DNA from: an uncultured delta proteobacterium
GTDB lineage: Bacteria > Desulfobacterota > Binatia > UBA9968
NCBI GenBank assembly: GCA_963727625.1
Contig: CAVSHR010000011.1
Span: 32,001-96,000 of the forward strand
Length of the DNA stretch: 64,000 nt
Direction of reading: 5' to 3'
The position numbers were made by a program, and so were the translations under genes. Below, piece after piece: positions 40,248 through 50,000 of this stretch. The notes under the pieces are model-generated. The model ran no database searches. It was not told the DNA's origin and saw nothing but the letters and a program-made list of their open reading frames with translations. Numbering within the stretch: position 1 is the stretch's first letter; the number at the start of each line of letters is the position of its first letter.

Positions 40248-41360
40248 CTAAAGCGAATAAAATTCTTTCGGATTATGAATGAGAATCTTTTCGACTAACT
40301 CTGCTGAAATATCCTCGCGCGACTTCATCGCTTCCACCAGAGCTTTTTCTTCTGCCGGATCGTTGTGGCCGTAATCCGAGCCGATCATCAAGTGATCCTC
40401 GCCGATCTGCTCCGCCAAATAAGGAATATCCTCGTCCGCTTCGCAAGCGACGTAGATACGGTAGTCGCGGAACAGATCCTTGCACGAGGCGTGTTTCCAG
40501 CGCGCGTTGGGAAAAGACGGGCGCGGTCGCGCCGATCGCTTGAGATGATGGTACAGATACGGCACCCAGCTCGCCGACGCTTCGAGAAAACCGAATTTCA
40601 AACTTGGATACTTCTCGGGAATCTCGCTCGCCACCAGATCGCGAAAGCCGATCACCGGTGGCAGTTGCGAGGCGGCGAAGGTGCCGTTCAAGCCCAGATC
40701 GAAAAAATCGTTGATGTGGCGCGAGCTCTGGCCGGTGTGCACACAGATCGGCAGGCCGAGCTTTTCCGCTTCAGCGTAGATCGGATAGAAATGCGGATTG
40801 TTGAGTGTCAACGAACCGACGATGCCGCTGAAGAATAGTCCGACGGAGCCGTTCTTTTTCGCTTTGTGCATCTGCTCGATTGATGCGTCCACGCTGTGCA
40901 GCGGCAGCACGGCAACCCAGCGCAAGCGGCCGCGGCTCTTGGCGAACACTTGGGCTAGATAGCGGTTGTAAGCGGCGCAGAGCGCGCGCTCCAAGGCGTC
41001 ATCGTCGGTCACCTGGATGAGAAACAGGGTCGGGTAGATGATCTGGACGGCGACGCCGGCGCGATCCATGTCGGCCAGGCGGACCTCGACGTCGGTCAAT
41101 TCGCGCGACTCGCGCAGGATGTCGCGGCGCCCGGTCTCGCGCTTGGATGCCGCGGGCGTGATCAGACGGAAGCCGCCTTTGCCGGCGGCTTTGGGAAAGA
41201 TATTGCCGTCGATCAGCCAGAGCATGTTGAAATCGCCATACAACGTGTCTTCCGGAGCAGCGACCATCACCGGCCGGCGCCGTTGCATGTCGTTGTCGAT
41301 CAAGGTCCACATGCTCTGCGATTCTGCGATATGGGTGTCGGCGTCGATGATCCCGTTCAT
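40248..41360 (-). CDS. Amidohydrolase_2 family protein
   Basis: IDADTH, YPT, VHTG, FLEA..SW, GSDYGH-x-D. Confidence 0.88.
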   Translation of the reverse strand: MNGIIDADTHIAESQSMWTLIDNDMQRRRPVMVAAPEDTLYGDFNMLWLIDGNIFPKAAGKGGFRLITPAASKRETGRRDILRESRELTDVEVRLADMDRAGVAVQIIYPTLFLIQVTDDDALERALCAAYNRYLAQVFAKSRGRLRWVAVLPLHSVDASIEQMHKAKKNGSVGLFFSGIVGSLTLNNPHFYPIYAEAEKLGLPICVHTGQSSRHINDFFDLGLNGTFAASQLPPVIGFRDLVASEIPEKYPSLKFGFLEASASWVPYLYHHLKRSARPRPSFPNARWKHASCKDLFRDYRIYVACEADEDIPYLAEQIGEDHLMIGSDYGHNDPAEEKALVEAMKSREDISAELVEKILIHNPKEFYSL

Positions 41361-41675
41361 TTTCGTCTCCTCCATCCGGTTGTCCCCGACTCTATCGAGG
41401 AGCGAAACTCCGGGTCAAGTGGTCGACGGCCTGTGGCGGTGCTTTCGCGGTTAAAAATAAGTCTGCCGACATTCGGTCAGCGAAAGATCTCTCGCGTTGC
41501 TCGATATGACACAGCCGATTTTTGGTCGTCATTCCGAGCGTTAGCGAGGAATCTTTCCCTGTATTTCGACGCGGGCAATCTCTGGCTGAATCAGCGGCAT
41601 TCCGAATTCTGGTTTGACAGCAAAACAGCGCGCGTGGTTAAAGTTACCGAGAATCGACGCGAGGGAGGGCGGCTT

Positions 41676-42794
41676 ATGATCGGGGGATTTCGAGTCTATG
41701 ATGCCGACGCGCATGTCAATATCGCGCCGCAAATGTGGGAAGATCTGCCGAAAGAGTTCGCCGCGCGCCGGCCGCGTCCGGCGTTAATTCACGATGGCAG
41801 CGAGCTCGGCGGGTTCACCGCCGGCTGGTTGATCGACGGCCGCATGGAGCCACACGCCTTGGGGCCGGGTTTGCAGCCGGCCACGCCGCCGCGTTGGGTG
41901 GTCGAAGGACCGGATCGCGGCTCTTTGACGCTGGTCGACCCGGAGGCGCGCATCCGCGATCTCGATCGTCTGGGGATCGATGTGCAATTTTTGTTTCCCT
42001 CCACTTTATACGCCCGCTGGACCGCGGATCCACGTTTCGAAGCGGCGCTGTGTCGCGCTTTCAACCGCTTCATCGCGCGGCAAACCAAGCCATTCTCGAA
42101 GCGCTTGAAATGGGCCGGCCTGGTTCCGCTGCGCGAACCGCGCGAATCTATCCCGGCTCTAACTGAGATGATTGAGCTTGGCGCTTCCGCCGCGGTGGTT
42201 TTCGGCACCGCCCAGGACAAGATGCTGAGCGATCCGAGCTTCACGGATTTTTGGGACGAGTTCGCCCGCTGCAAGCTGCCGCTCTGCGTGCACATGGCGG
42301 CGAGCTTTCCGCCGTTCGATAGTTGCGTGGAAACGTTTCTGGGTGCGCACGCGCTCAGCATGGCTCTGCCTGCGCAAATGGCGTTCGTGGCGTTGCTCGC
42401 TACCGGCATGATGGATCGTTATCCCGATCTCCGGATCGCCTTCATGGAGTTCGGCGCCGAATGGATTTTCTACATGGTCGGCCGCCTGGATCATTATTTG
42501 GCGCGGGACCGCGAAATCCAGCCTCAAGTGCTTAACGCGCGCATGCCGGCGCACACGATGAAGGAATACCTCCGCTCTGGACGGGTGTTTATCTGCGGCG
42601 AGATGGAAGATCCGCTGATGAAAGAGGAAATCGCGCTGATGGGAGAAGACCAATTGCTTTACTCGTCGGACTATCCCCACGGCGAGGGGCGCGAAAAGGC
42701 CGCCCAAGAGCTATTGGAAAGACGCGATATCAGCCAAGCGCAAAAGCAGAAAATCCTCCACGACAATCCGATACGATTGTTCGGTGCAGTTTGA
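41676..42794 (+). CDS. Amidohydrolase_2 family protein
   Basis: YDADAH, FPS, CVH, FMEFG..W, SSDYPH; real start taken as ATG 41676 after GGAGG. Confidence 0.88.
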   Translation: MIGGFRVYDADAHVNIAPQMWEDLPKEFAARRPRPALIHDGSELGGFTAGWLIDGRMEPHALGPGLQPATPPRWVVEGPDRGSLTLVDPEARIRDLDRLGIDVQFLFPSTLYARWTADPRFEAALCRAFNRFIARQTKPFSKRLKWAGLVPLREPRESIPALTEMIELGASAAVVFGTAQDKMLSDPSFTDFWDEFARCKLPLCVHMAASFPPFDSCVETFLGAHALSMALPAQMAFVALLATGMMDRYPDLRIAFMEFGAEWIFYMVGRLDHYLARDREIQPQVLNARMPAHTMKEYLRSGRVFICGEMEDPLMKEEIALMGEDQLLYSSDYPHGEGREKAAQELLERRDISQAQKQKILHDNPIRLFGAV

Positions 42795-42891
42795 TCGCTA
42801 ATCGCAACTCAAACCGCTGAAACCGTCCGCGCGGTTTTGACCAAAGGGTGCAGTTTGTATTATGTAAAGAGCTAATAAGGATGCACAACGG

Positions 42892-43293
42892 ATGGAACTG
42901 GCGACATTCAGCGACAAGATCCAACAAACAATCGATTCCGGCAAAGAGAAAATGTACTTCGATTTGGTGGGAACGGCGAACATGCGCTGCTGGTTGAACG
43001 TCTATATGCCTGGCTCGGGCACCGTGGGGCTGCATTACCACAACAGCGACGAGACCTTTACGGTGATCGAAGGCAGCGGCGAACTCGTTCATCGCGACGG
43101 CAGCCGGACGGCGATCGAGAAGGGCAGCGTCGTGCTGATCCCGGCGAAGTCCTATTACAACATTAAAAATGCCGGCGACAGCGTGATGGCGCTCCTGGGC
43201 AATCGCGCCGAACCGTTCGGCGGTCCGACGATTTTTCTCGATCCGGAGCTCAACGAGAAAATGAAAGGGCGAAAACAGTTCGAGCGGATTTAA
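42892..43293 (+). CDS. Cupin domain protein
   Basis: LHYHNSDETFTVIEGSG motif. Confidence 0.85.
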   Translation: MELATFSDKIQQTIDSGKEKMYFDLVGTANMRCWLNVYMPGSGTVGLHYHNSDETFTVIEGSGELVHRDGSRTAIEKGSVVLIPAKSYYNIKNAGDSVMALLGNRAEPFGGPTIFLDPELNEKMKGRKQFERI

Positions 43294-43427
43294 AAGAGTC
43301 TAGAGTTTGGGTCTAGCTCGGGCAAATCGCCGGGCCTGCAACGAGACGGCGGCGCCGGCTCTTTCAAAACCATAGAACGCGTATTAAGTAATAAAGCAGC
43401 AACTTATGTTTTTAGGAGAGAAGCACC

Positions 43428-44516
43428 GTGGGAATTATTGACGCGGACACTCATATCGACGAAACAGATGACACCTGGGAGTACATACAAGAGTCGGATC
43501 TGACCTACAAGCCGACGACGGCCTATCCAGCCAATCCTGACCCGAAGCTGCCGCCGGCGCGCTACTGGGTGATCGATGGCAAGCGCCAGGTTCGTTTTAT
43601 CCGAAGCGACAAGGATTCCGGCACCACCGTCGAAACGCGCGAGCTTTTGGACGTGAAGGCCCGGCTCAAGCATATGGATGAGCTGGGCACGGACATTCAA
43701 GTTATCTATCCGACCTTGTTTTTGATGGAGGCGACGGATAAGCCGGAGATCAACACGGCGATGCGCCGCAGTTACAACCGCTGGCTGGGCGAGCGGTGCG
43801 GCCAGTCGGGCGGCAGGTTGCGTTGGGTGTGCATGCCGCCGCTGCAAAATATGGCCGCGACCGTTGAAGAACTCACTTGGGCTAAGGAGCACGGCGCCTG
43901 CGGTGTGCTCAAGAAAGGCGACCGTGAGGCGGGAAAATATCCAGCCGATCCCTATTTTGAACCGTTGTACGCCGAAGCGGAGAAACTCGACTTACCCATC
44001 TGCCTGCACACCGGTTCCGGGATTCCGGATTTTTCTCCGGCCAGAGAGTTTTCCCACGGACAATTCATGCGCACGAAAGCCGCGGCGATCAATGGCGTGC
44101 TCGGGATGGTTTTGCACAAAATCCCGATCAAGTTTCCCAAGCTCCGCATCGGCTGCATCGAAGCCGGTTCGATGTGGACGCCGTTCGTGGCTTACGATTT
44201 AAAGCGGCAGGCGTTCCGGCAAAAGGGGCGCGAGTCGGTAGGAGTGCTCGGCGTGCCGCAGATCGAGCTTCCGTCCAATGTATTCAAAGACAACCGGATC
44301 TACGTCACTTGTCAGGTGGATGAAGATCTGCCCTATATTTTCAAAACCGTCGGCGAAGATAATTTAATGGTCGGCTCCGACTACACCCATCGCGATCCGT
44401 CGATGGAGCTTGAGTTCCGCAAGGAACTGCAAGCGCGCGCGGACAAGGGCGATATCCCGCAAGCGGCAATTCAGAAGATTCTCTATGACAATCCGAAGGC
44501 GTTTTACGCGCTTTAA
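43428..44516 (+). CDS. Amidohydrolase_2 family protein
   Basis: IIDADTH, YPT, LHTG, IEAG..W, GSDYTH-x-D; paralog of 40248..41360. Confidence 0.88.
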   Translation: MGIIDADTHIDETDDTWEYIQESDLTYKPTTAYPANPDPKLPPARYWVIDGKRQVRFIRSDKDSGTTVETRELLDVKARLKHMDELGTDIQVIYPTLFLMEATDKPEINTAMRRSYNRWLGERCGQSGGRLRWVCMPPLQNMAATVEELTWAKEHGACGVLKKGDREAGKYPADPYFEPLYAEAEKLDLPICLHTGSGIPDFSPAREFSHGQFMRTKAAAINGVLGMVLHKIPIKFPKLRIGCIEAGSMWTPFVAYDLKRQAFRQKGRESVGVLGVPQIELPSNVFKDNRIYVTCQVDEDLPYIFKTVGEDNLMVGSDYTHRDPSMELEFRKELQARADKGDIPQAAIQKILYDNPKAFYAL

Positions 44517-44580
44517 GAGCGGGCGAGGTTCCTCGCTTTGCTTGGAATGAATTTGCCCTGTGATTTCGACCGAAGTTGTT

Positions 44581-44609
44581 TTGACAGAATAGCGGCGGTG
44601 AATTACAGT
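44581..44609 (+). promoter_or_regulatory. Sigma70-type promoter for the selenoprotein cluster
   Basis: TTGACA-N17-TACAGT, followed by the AGGAGG RBS and ATG 44640. Confidence 0.65.
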
Positions 44610-44639
44610 GAATTCAAATTTAACAGGAGGAGGGCGCAA

Positions 44640-45188
44640 ATGATCGTTCTCAGCCCGGAAGGGAAAGCGAAGACTTCGGCGGCGAAAATTGCCCCGGTGG
44701 CGCGCTTTACGAGTTTACAGGGGAAAACCATCGGGGTGCTAGATAATAGCAAGCCCAACGCCGACAAACTTGCGGAACGTTTGGCTGAACTGTTGAAAGA
44801 GCGCTATGGCGTGGCCCAAGTGATCACTCGGCGCAAGCTGACGGCGCAGCAAGGCGCGCCAAAACAATATATCGAGGAGCTGGCCGCGCAGACGGATTTT
44901 GTCCTAGCCGGTCTCGGTGATTGAGGCTCCTGCACGTCGTGGAGTGTCCACGACTCTTTAGAAATCCAGAAGCGCGGCAAGTTCGCCGTGACTTTCATCA
45001 CCAACGCTTTCACGGCGCTGGCGAAATCCGAAAAGGAAGCGTTCGGGGCGCCGGATCACCCGGTGCTGGTGGTGCAACATCCGATCGGCACCGTCAAAAT
45101 CGAAGAAGTGAACAAGCGCGCCGAAGCGGCGCTCGATCAGTTGGTCGAAATTTTACTCGAGCCGAGCGCTAAAGCGAAGGTTGCGTAG
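44640..45188 (+). CDS. UGSC-family selenoprotein 1 (Sec at TGA 44922-44924, residue 95)
   Basis: ORFs 44538..44924 and 44988..45188 are in one frame: ...LAGLGD-U-GSCTSWSVHDSLEIQKRGKFAVTFIT...QHPIG; SECIS-like hairpin at +11; the paralog has TGA at the same position. Confidence 0.88.
44936..44954 (+). promoter_or_regulatory. Bacterial SECIS-like hairpin
   Basis: GTCGTGGA-GTG-TCCACGAC, perfect 8-bp stem starting 11 nt after UGA, G first in the loop. Confidence 0.8.
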
Positions 45189-45277
45189 TAAAAGCACTTG
45201 CAAGTTTCGGGTTTCGAGTCTTGAGTTTAAGCGGAGATTCGAAACCCGAACTTTTTGTATTGTTACTTTTCCTAATT

Positions 45278-45363
45278 CCGTCATGTCGGCGCTGGCCGGC
45301 ATCTATACTTAGTCTTCGGTTGCGCGAACCAAACCTGGATTTCCGCCTGCGCGGGAATGACGG
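45278..45363. repeat. REP-like paired element (CCGTCAT...CTGGATTTCCGCCTGCGCGGGAATGACGG)
   Basis: Inverted ends CCGTCAT/ATGACGG with internal palindromes; related GGAATGA half-sites near 38420-38445 and 44528-44550. Confidence 0.6.
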
Positions 45364-45401
45364 ATAGGAAATTCAAAGTTCCTTGTTGAAGGGGTAGTCT
45401 T

Positions 45402-46454
45402 ATGGCAACGGCAGCACTGCAAGCGGAAAAGTTCGAAATCCCGGATGATATTTGGGAAGCGCAGGAATACTTCGTCGAAAAAGGTTGGTCCGATGGGCTG
45501 CCGGTCATACCTCCGACCGAAGCGCGCGTGGCGAAGATGCTAACCGGAACTAAGCGCAAGCCTGACGAAGCGATCGGGTCTGTGCCGCCGCGTTGGGCGG
45601 TCGCCACGGTGGAAAAGATCGCCATCAACGGCGTCATGGCCGGCTGCAAGCCCGAGTACATGCCGACTTTGATCGCCGTGGTCGAAGGGCTCTGTGATCC
45701 CAAGCTCAATCTCTACGCATTGCAAGCGACCACAGGCGGGCCGGCGGTGATGGCGATTATCAACGGTCCGGTGCGCAAACAGCTCAACGTTAACGGTGGC
45801 TCCAACGCTCTCGGTGAAGGCTGGCGCGCCAACGCGACCATCGGCCGTTTCGTGCAGATGGTCAAGCGCAATATCGGCGGTTCGCTCCCTGGCACGACCT
45901 GTAAGGCGACGTTGGGCTGGCCGGGAAAATATTCCATCTGCATCGGCGAAAACGAGGAATCGAGCCCTTGGGAGCCGCTGCACGTCGAGCGCGGCTTCAC
46001 AAAGGAACAGAGCACCGTGACGGCGATCAGCGCAGATGCGTCCGTGCGTGCGTCCGATTTGGACAGTACCAAGGCCGTAGGCATTCTCACCAATTTTGCC
46101 CAGCGTATGGAAGGGCCCTCGGGGCCGGAAGCGATCATGGTGGTCTGCCCCGAGCACGCCAAAATCATCGCGGGCGACGGTTTCAGTAAGAAAGACGTGC
46201 AGCAATTTGTCTGGGAGCGCGCCGCCTATCGGATGAAGGACCTGCCCGAGGAGACTTTCGCGCAACGGGTCAAACGCCGCTCCGATCTCAAGTTGACGCG
46301 CGACAGCATTATTCCCGTGACCGATAAGCCGGAAGATATCCTCGTCGTGGTCGCCGGCGGCGACGGCTCGCAGTCACAATATATCCATGTCTGGGGCCAA
46401 GGCACGCCGGAAGGCGGGTCGACGCGGTCGGTAACGAAATTGATCAAAGCATAA
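45402..46454 (+). CDS. Conserved hypothetical protein, partner of UGSC selenoprotein 1
   Basis: GWSDGLPVIPPT, EKIAINGVMAGC-x-PEY, RANATIGR and ENEESSPWEPLH motifs, shared with 47190..48254. Confidence 0.85.
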   Translation: MATAALQAEKFEIPDDIWEAQEYFVEKGWSDGLPVIPPTEARVAKMLTGTKRKPDEAIGSVPPRWAVATVEKIAINGVMAGCKPEYMPTLIAVVEGLCDPKLNLYALQATTGGPAVMAIINGPVRKQLNVNGGSNALGEGWRANATIGRFVQMVKRNIGGSLPGTTCKATLGWPGKYSICIGENEESSPWEPLHVERGFTKEQSTVTAISADASVRASDLDSTKAVGILTNFAQRMEGPSGPEAIMVVCPEHAKIIAGDGFSKKDVQQFVWERAAYRMKDLPEETFAQRVKRRSDLKLTRDSIIPVTDKPEDILVVVAGGDGSQSQYIHVWGQGTPEGGSTRSVTKLIKA

Positions 46455-46528
46455 GAGATCAAACGTTCGAGCCGTTCAATTCGTTCCAGACGTTAAAGCC
46501 GAAAAGATTATTTTTGGGAGATTCATCT

Positions 46529-47089
46529 ATGGCAACGATAAAATTTCTCGATCCGAGAGTGACGATAAATCCCAAAGACCGGCCGCTGGTGCCGGCTCTG
46601 GATACGCTGGAAAACAAAGTCATCGGCATCATCGATAACGGCCAGGCCAATTCGACAACGATGTTTCAGGAGCTGGCCAAATTGATTCAAGAAAAGTTCC
46701 AGACAAAAGAAGTGCTTTTCAAAACCAAGCCGACGCATATGCAGGGCGCGCCGAAGGCAATGATGGACGAAATTCTCAGCCGGTGCGACGCGGTGATCAC
46801 CGGTTTGGGGGCTTGAGGGTCGTGCACGTCGTGGAGTGTCCACGACGCCATCGAGCTGCAAAAGAAAGGAAAGCCGACGGTGACGCTGTGCCAGTCGATT
46901 TTCATGGAGCTGGCGCGCACCGAAGCGAAATTTTTTGGCCTGGCGAAACTTCCTTTAGTTGAAATCCCGCATCACCCAAGTGGCGGTGCGCGGCCGGGCG
47001 AACATCGAGCAGACGCAGAGGGGGCGATTAATTTGGTCAATGAGCAGTTGACGCTGGGCGGGAGAATGAAAAACTCGCAGGTGGCGTAA
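46529..47089 (+). CDS. UGSC-family selenoprotein 2 (Sec at TGA 46814-46816, residue 96)
   Basis: ORFs 46514..46816 and 46880..47089 are in one frame: ...ITGLGA-U-GSCTSWSVHDAIELQKKGKPTVTLC...PHHP; SECIS-like hairpin follows. Confidence 0.88.
46827..46847 (+). promoter_or_regulatory. Bacterial SECIS-like hairpin
   Basis: CGTCGTGGA-GTG-TCCACGACG; core identical to 44936..44954 and at the same distance from UGA. Confidence 0.8.
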
Positions 47090-47189
47090 CCTCCCACCTC
47101 GGTCCTCCCCCGAGGTGGCGGAGGAAATGAAATTACCCGATATGATCTTGATAGTGCGATTGCCATTCTAATTCGGAGCTTCGTAACAA

Positions 47190-48254
47190 ATGACTCTCAT
47201 TTCAAACGTCATCGAAGTCGAAGACACTTGGGAAGCGGTCAATGACTGGTTTTGCAAGGAAAAGCTGAGCGATGGCTTGCCGATCGTGCCGCCGACGGCT
47301 GAGCGCGTTGAGAAAATGCTCAGTGCGACGGATCGTGATCCCGCCGAGGTGATCGGGCCGATCCCGCCCAGGTGGGCGCCATGCTCGATCGAAAAGATTG
47401 CGATCAACGCGGTCATGGCCGGCTGTTTGCCCGAGTATCTGCCGGTGATCATCGCCGCGGTCGAAGCGATCTGCGAACCGCGTTTCAACCTTTATGGTGT
47501 TCAGGCCACGACTGGTTACGTCGGGCCGGCGCTGTTGCTCAACGGTCCGATTCGACGGCAATTGAACGTCAATTGCGATTCCGGTGTGTTCGGTCCGGGC
47601 TTCCGCTCCAACGCGACCATCGGCCGCGCCATGCGCTTGATTCTCATCACCGTCGGCGGCGGTTATCCGGGCGACACGGATCGATCGACGTTTGGTTGGC
47701 CCGGCAAGTACACCATGTGTTTCGGCGAGAACCAGGAGAAAAGCCCCTGGGAGCCGTATCACGTCGAATTCGGCTTCACGCCCAGCGATAGCACGGTAAC
47801 CGTGTTCGGCATCAACGGCTTTCTGCCGATCCACACCGCCGGCAATCGCGGCGAGCAGGCGCTCGCGTCATTGGCCGAAGTGATCAAAATGCATCACGGC
47901 GTGAGCCATCTCGACGTCGGCAGTTTCGGCGGCGGCACGCCGCTGATCGCGCTGGGCATCGAGGACGCCGAGATCATGGCGCGCGACGGCATCACCAAGA
48001 AGCAGGTCAAAGACTATCTCTGGGAACACGCGTCGTTAAAATTCTCCGAGGTCCCGGCGCGGCGCAAAGGCCATAAGAGCGACGAAGAGTTGTGCCGCGA
48101 AACGCCGAACATGACGCCGGACGGCGTGGTCCATTTGTCGACCAAACCCGAAGACATCATGATCATCGTCATTGGCGGCAAGCATCGCCATTCGGTGTTC
48201 CTGCCGATGTGGACCGGGCGCAACACTTTGTGCGTAATCAAGGGGATAAAATAG
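47190..48254 (+). CDS. Conserved hypothetical protein, partner of UGSC selenoprotein 2
   Basis: SDGLPIVPPT, EKIAINAVMAGCLPEY, RSNATIGR, GWPGKY, ENQEKSPWEPYH; paralog of 45402..46454. Confidence 0.85.
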   Translation: MTLISNVIEVEDTWEAVNDWFCKEKLSDGLPIVPPTAERVEKMLSATDRDPAEVIGPIPPRWAPCSIEKIAINAVMAGCLPEYLPVIIAAVEAICEPRFNLYGVQATTGYVGPALLLNGPIRRQLNVNCDSGVFGPGFRSNATIGRAMRLILITVGGGYPGDTDRSTFGWPGKYTMCFGENQEKSPWEPYHVEFGFTPSDSTVTVFGINGFLPIHTAGNRGEQALASLAEVIKMHHGVSHLDVGSFGGGTPLIALGIEDAEIMARDGITKKQVKDYLWEHASLKFSEVPARRKGHKSDEELCRETPNMTPDGVVHLSTKPEDIMIIVIGGKHRHSVFLPMWTGRNTLCVIKGIK

Positions 48255-48277
48255 AGAAATAGTTTAAAGGAGATCGC

Positions 48278-49279
48278 ATGCATCAGATTGGGCGTTTCGT
48301 CGGTTTGGTAATTTTATTGATTGCGGTTGTCGCGACGCCGTTTGCGGCGGCCCAAGACAAGGTTCGCATGGGGTTGAGCTCGGTGAGCGCATTGCACAGC
48401 GCCGTGTGGGTGGCCGAGCAAAAGGGTTTATTTCGCAAGCATGGTATCGATCCGGAAATCATCGTTACCGGGCAAGGCGGCACCGCCGGCATCGGCGCGC
48501 TGCTCGCCAACGATATTCAAATGGCGAGCTCGGCCGGCGATTCGCTGGTAGCGGCGGCGTTGCGCGGCGGCGATACGGTGATGGTTGCGGGCGTCGTCAA
48601 CAAGGGTTTACAGAGGATTGTCACGACACCAGACATCAAGGTGCCGGCGGATTTGAAAGGCAAACGCATCGGCGTCACCCGCATCGGCGCGGTGTCGTAT
48701 TCCGTTTTGCTCATGATGCTGCAGCGCTGGAAGATGACCACGAACGACGTGCAAGTCATGCAAGTCGGCTCGTCGCCGAACATGCTCGCCGCCATGGCCA
48801 AAGGGGGGCTCGACGCCGCCGTATTGACGATTCCGTCGATGTTCGTCGCCGAAGATCGGGGCTATCGCACGTTGCTCGATATGGCCGACACCGATATTTA
48901 TTATCTGCACACGATGATCGCGACCACGAACCACTATATCAAAGCCCACCGCGATGTCGTGCTGAGATTTCTCAAGGGCTACCTTGAGGGGATTGCCTAT
49001 GTGAAACAGCATCGAAAGGAAAGCGCCGAAGTCGTCAAGAAAAAACTCCGCATCGGCGCCGCTCAAGAGCACAACCTGGAGCGGTCCATCGATTTGCTGA
49101 GCGATAAATATTACGAGCAGGTTCCGTACCCCGCCATGCGCGGCGTCGAGACCGTGCTCGGTTTTGTCGAACGGGACAATCCCAAGGCAAGCGGCGCCGA
49201 TCCCAAGTCATTCGTCGATGATAGCCTGCTGCGCGAGATCGATCAGAGCGGTTTTATAAAGAAGCTCTACCAGCGCTAG
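48278..49279 (+). CDS. ABC transporter substrate-binding protein (SsuA/NMT1-like)
   Basis: Signal peptide, WVAEQKGLFRKHG, DLKGKRIGVTRIG, FVDDSLLREI; 23 nt after the preceding stop. Confidence 0.87.
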   Translation: MHQIGRFVGLVILLIAVVATPFAAAQDKVRMGLSSVSALHSAVWVAEQKGLFRKHGIDPEIIVTGQGGTAGIGALLANDIQMASSAGDSLVAAALRGGDTVMVAGVVNKGLQRIVTTPDIKVPADLKGKRIGVTRIGAVSYSVLLMMLQRWKMTTNDVQVMQVGSSPNMLAAMAKGGLDAAVLTIPSMFVAEDRGYRTLLDMADTDIYYLHTMIATTNHYIKAHRDVVLRFLKGYLEGIAYVKQHRKESAEVVKKKLRIGAAQEHNLERSIDLLSDKYYEQVPYPAMRGVETVLGFVERDNPKASGADPKSFVDDSLLREIDQSGFIKKLYQR

Positions 49280-50000
49280 AATTGGCAGCGCTTACATCCG
49301 GCGCCACGGTCCAACGTGATCGCGGATATGGTCCGTGGCGCTGGTTTCTCATTCCACTTAAACTCTCCGCAAATTTTCCGCCGCGATCTCTCCGGCGGAC
49401 TGATTCCAATGCCGGTGCAAGGGGACTCGCCGTTTGTCAACGCAGCGGGTACGCCGTCGCGTTAATCGTCCGGTAGATCTTTTATAAATAAGAGTCACTC
49501 TCGCAGGGCCAGAGGCAAGATGCCTTGGCGCTTCTTGTCGTTTTTGGGCGTCCGAATATAGCTTTCGTGAATTTGGATTATTTCTTGGTGGTTTCGTGCG
49601 CGTCGCGATGGCGCAACCTTTCGGATCATGACGTGAACATTGGTTACGGGAATCTCTCGCCCAGTCCGTGGTTACCTGGGCAATTTTACATGATCTTGCC
49701 GAAGGGTCGGTGGCACGAAACATGCTCAAGATTGTCAAATTGAATGCTAAAGCTCCCGGAGTCAAAGTCGCGGCCAATGCTGGTAATTCACGGATGTGCT
49801 CTCTTTGAGGAAAAAATAAGGAATTAAGGAAGTTGCCGCCGCGTTAAATGTTTTCAGCGTCCATATAACGAGATTACCGGATGGCGCGCTGTGAACGGCA
49901 ATGAACAAGACTCGACTGCTAAGGACAATCAGCGTTACACGCAAGCGGAATCCTCGGGGCGGCTCCCGCGCAGCGCGCAGAGGGGAAAGTAAAAAAAGCG

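Noticed and set aside
41283-41675. Long N-terminal extension of the amidohydrolase (similarly 8548..8757)
   Set aside because: Overlaps neighbouring genes; the family motif and RBS support the downstream ATG.
44921-45172. ORF-track 83-aa protein MRLLHVVECP...
   Set aside because: Alternative frame overlapping the read-through selenoprotein, whose frame is supported by the paralog.
49280-50000. c-di-GMP riboswitch upstream of the EAL operon
   Set aside because: Could not find the GEMM/c-di-GMP consensus elements by eye; an Rfam scan would be needed.
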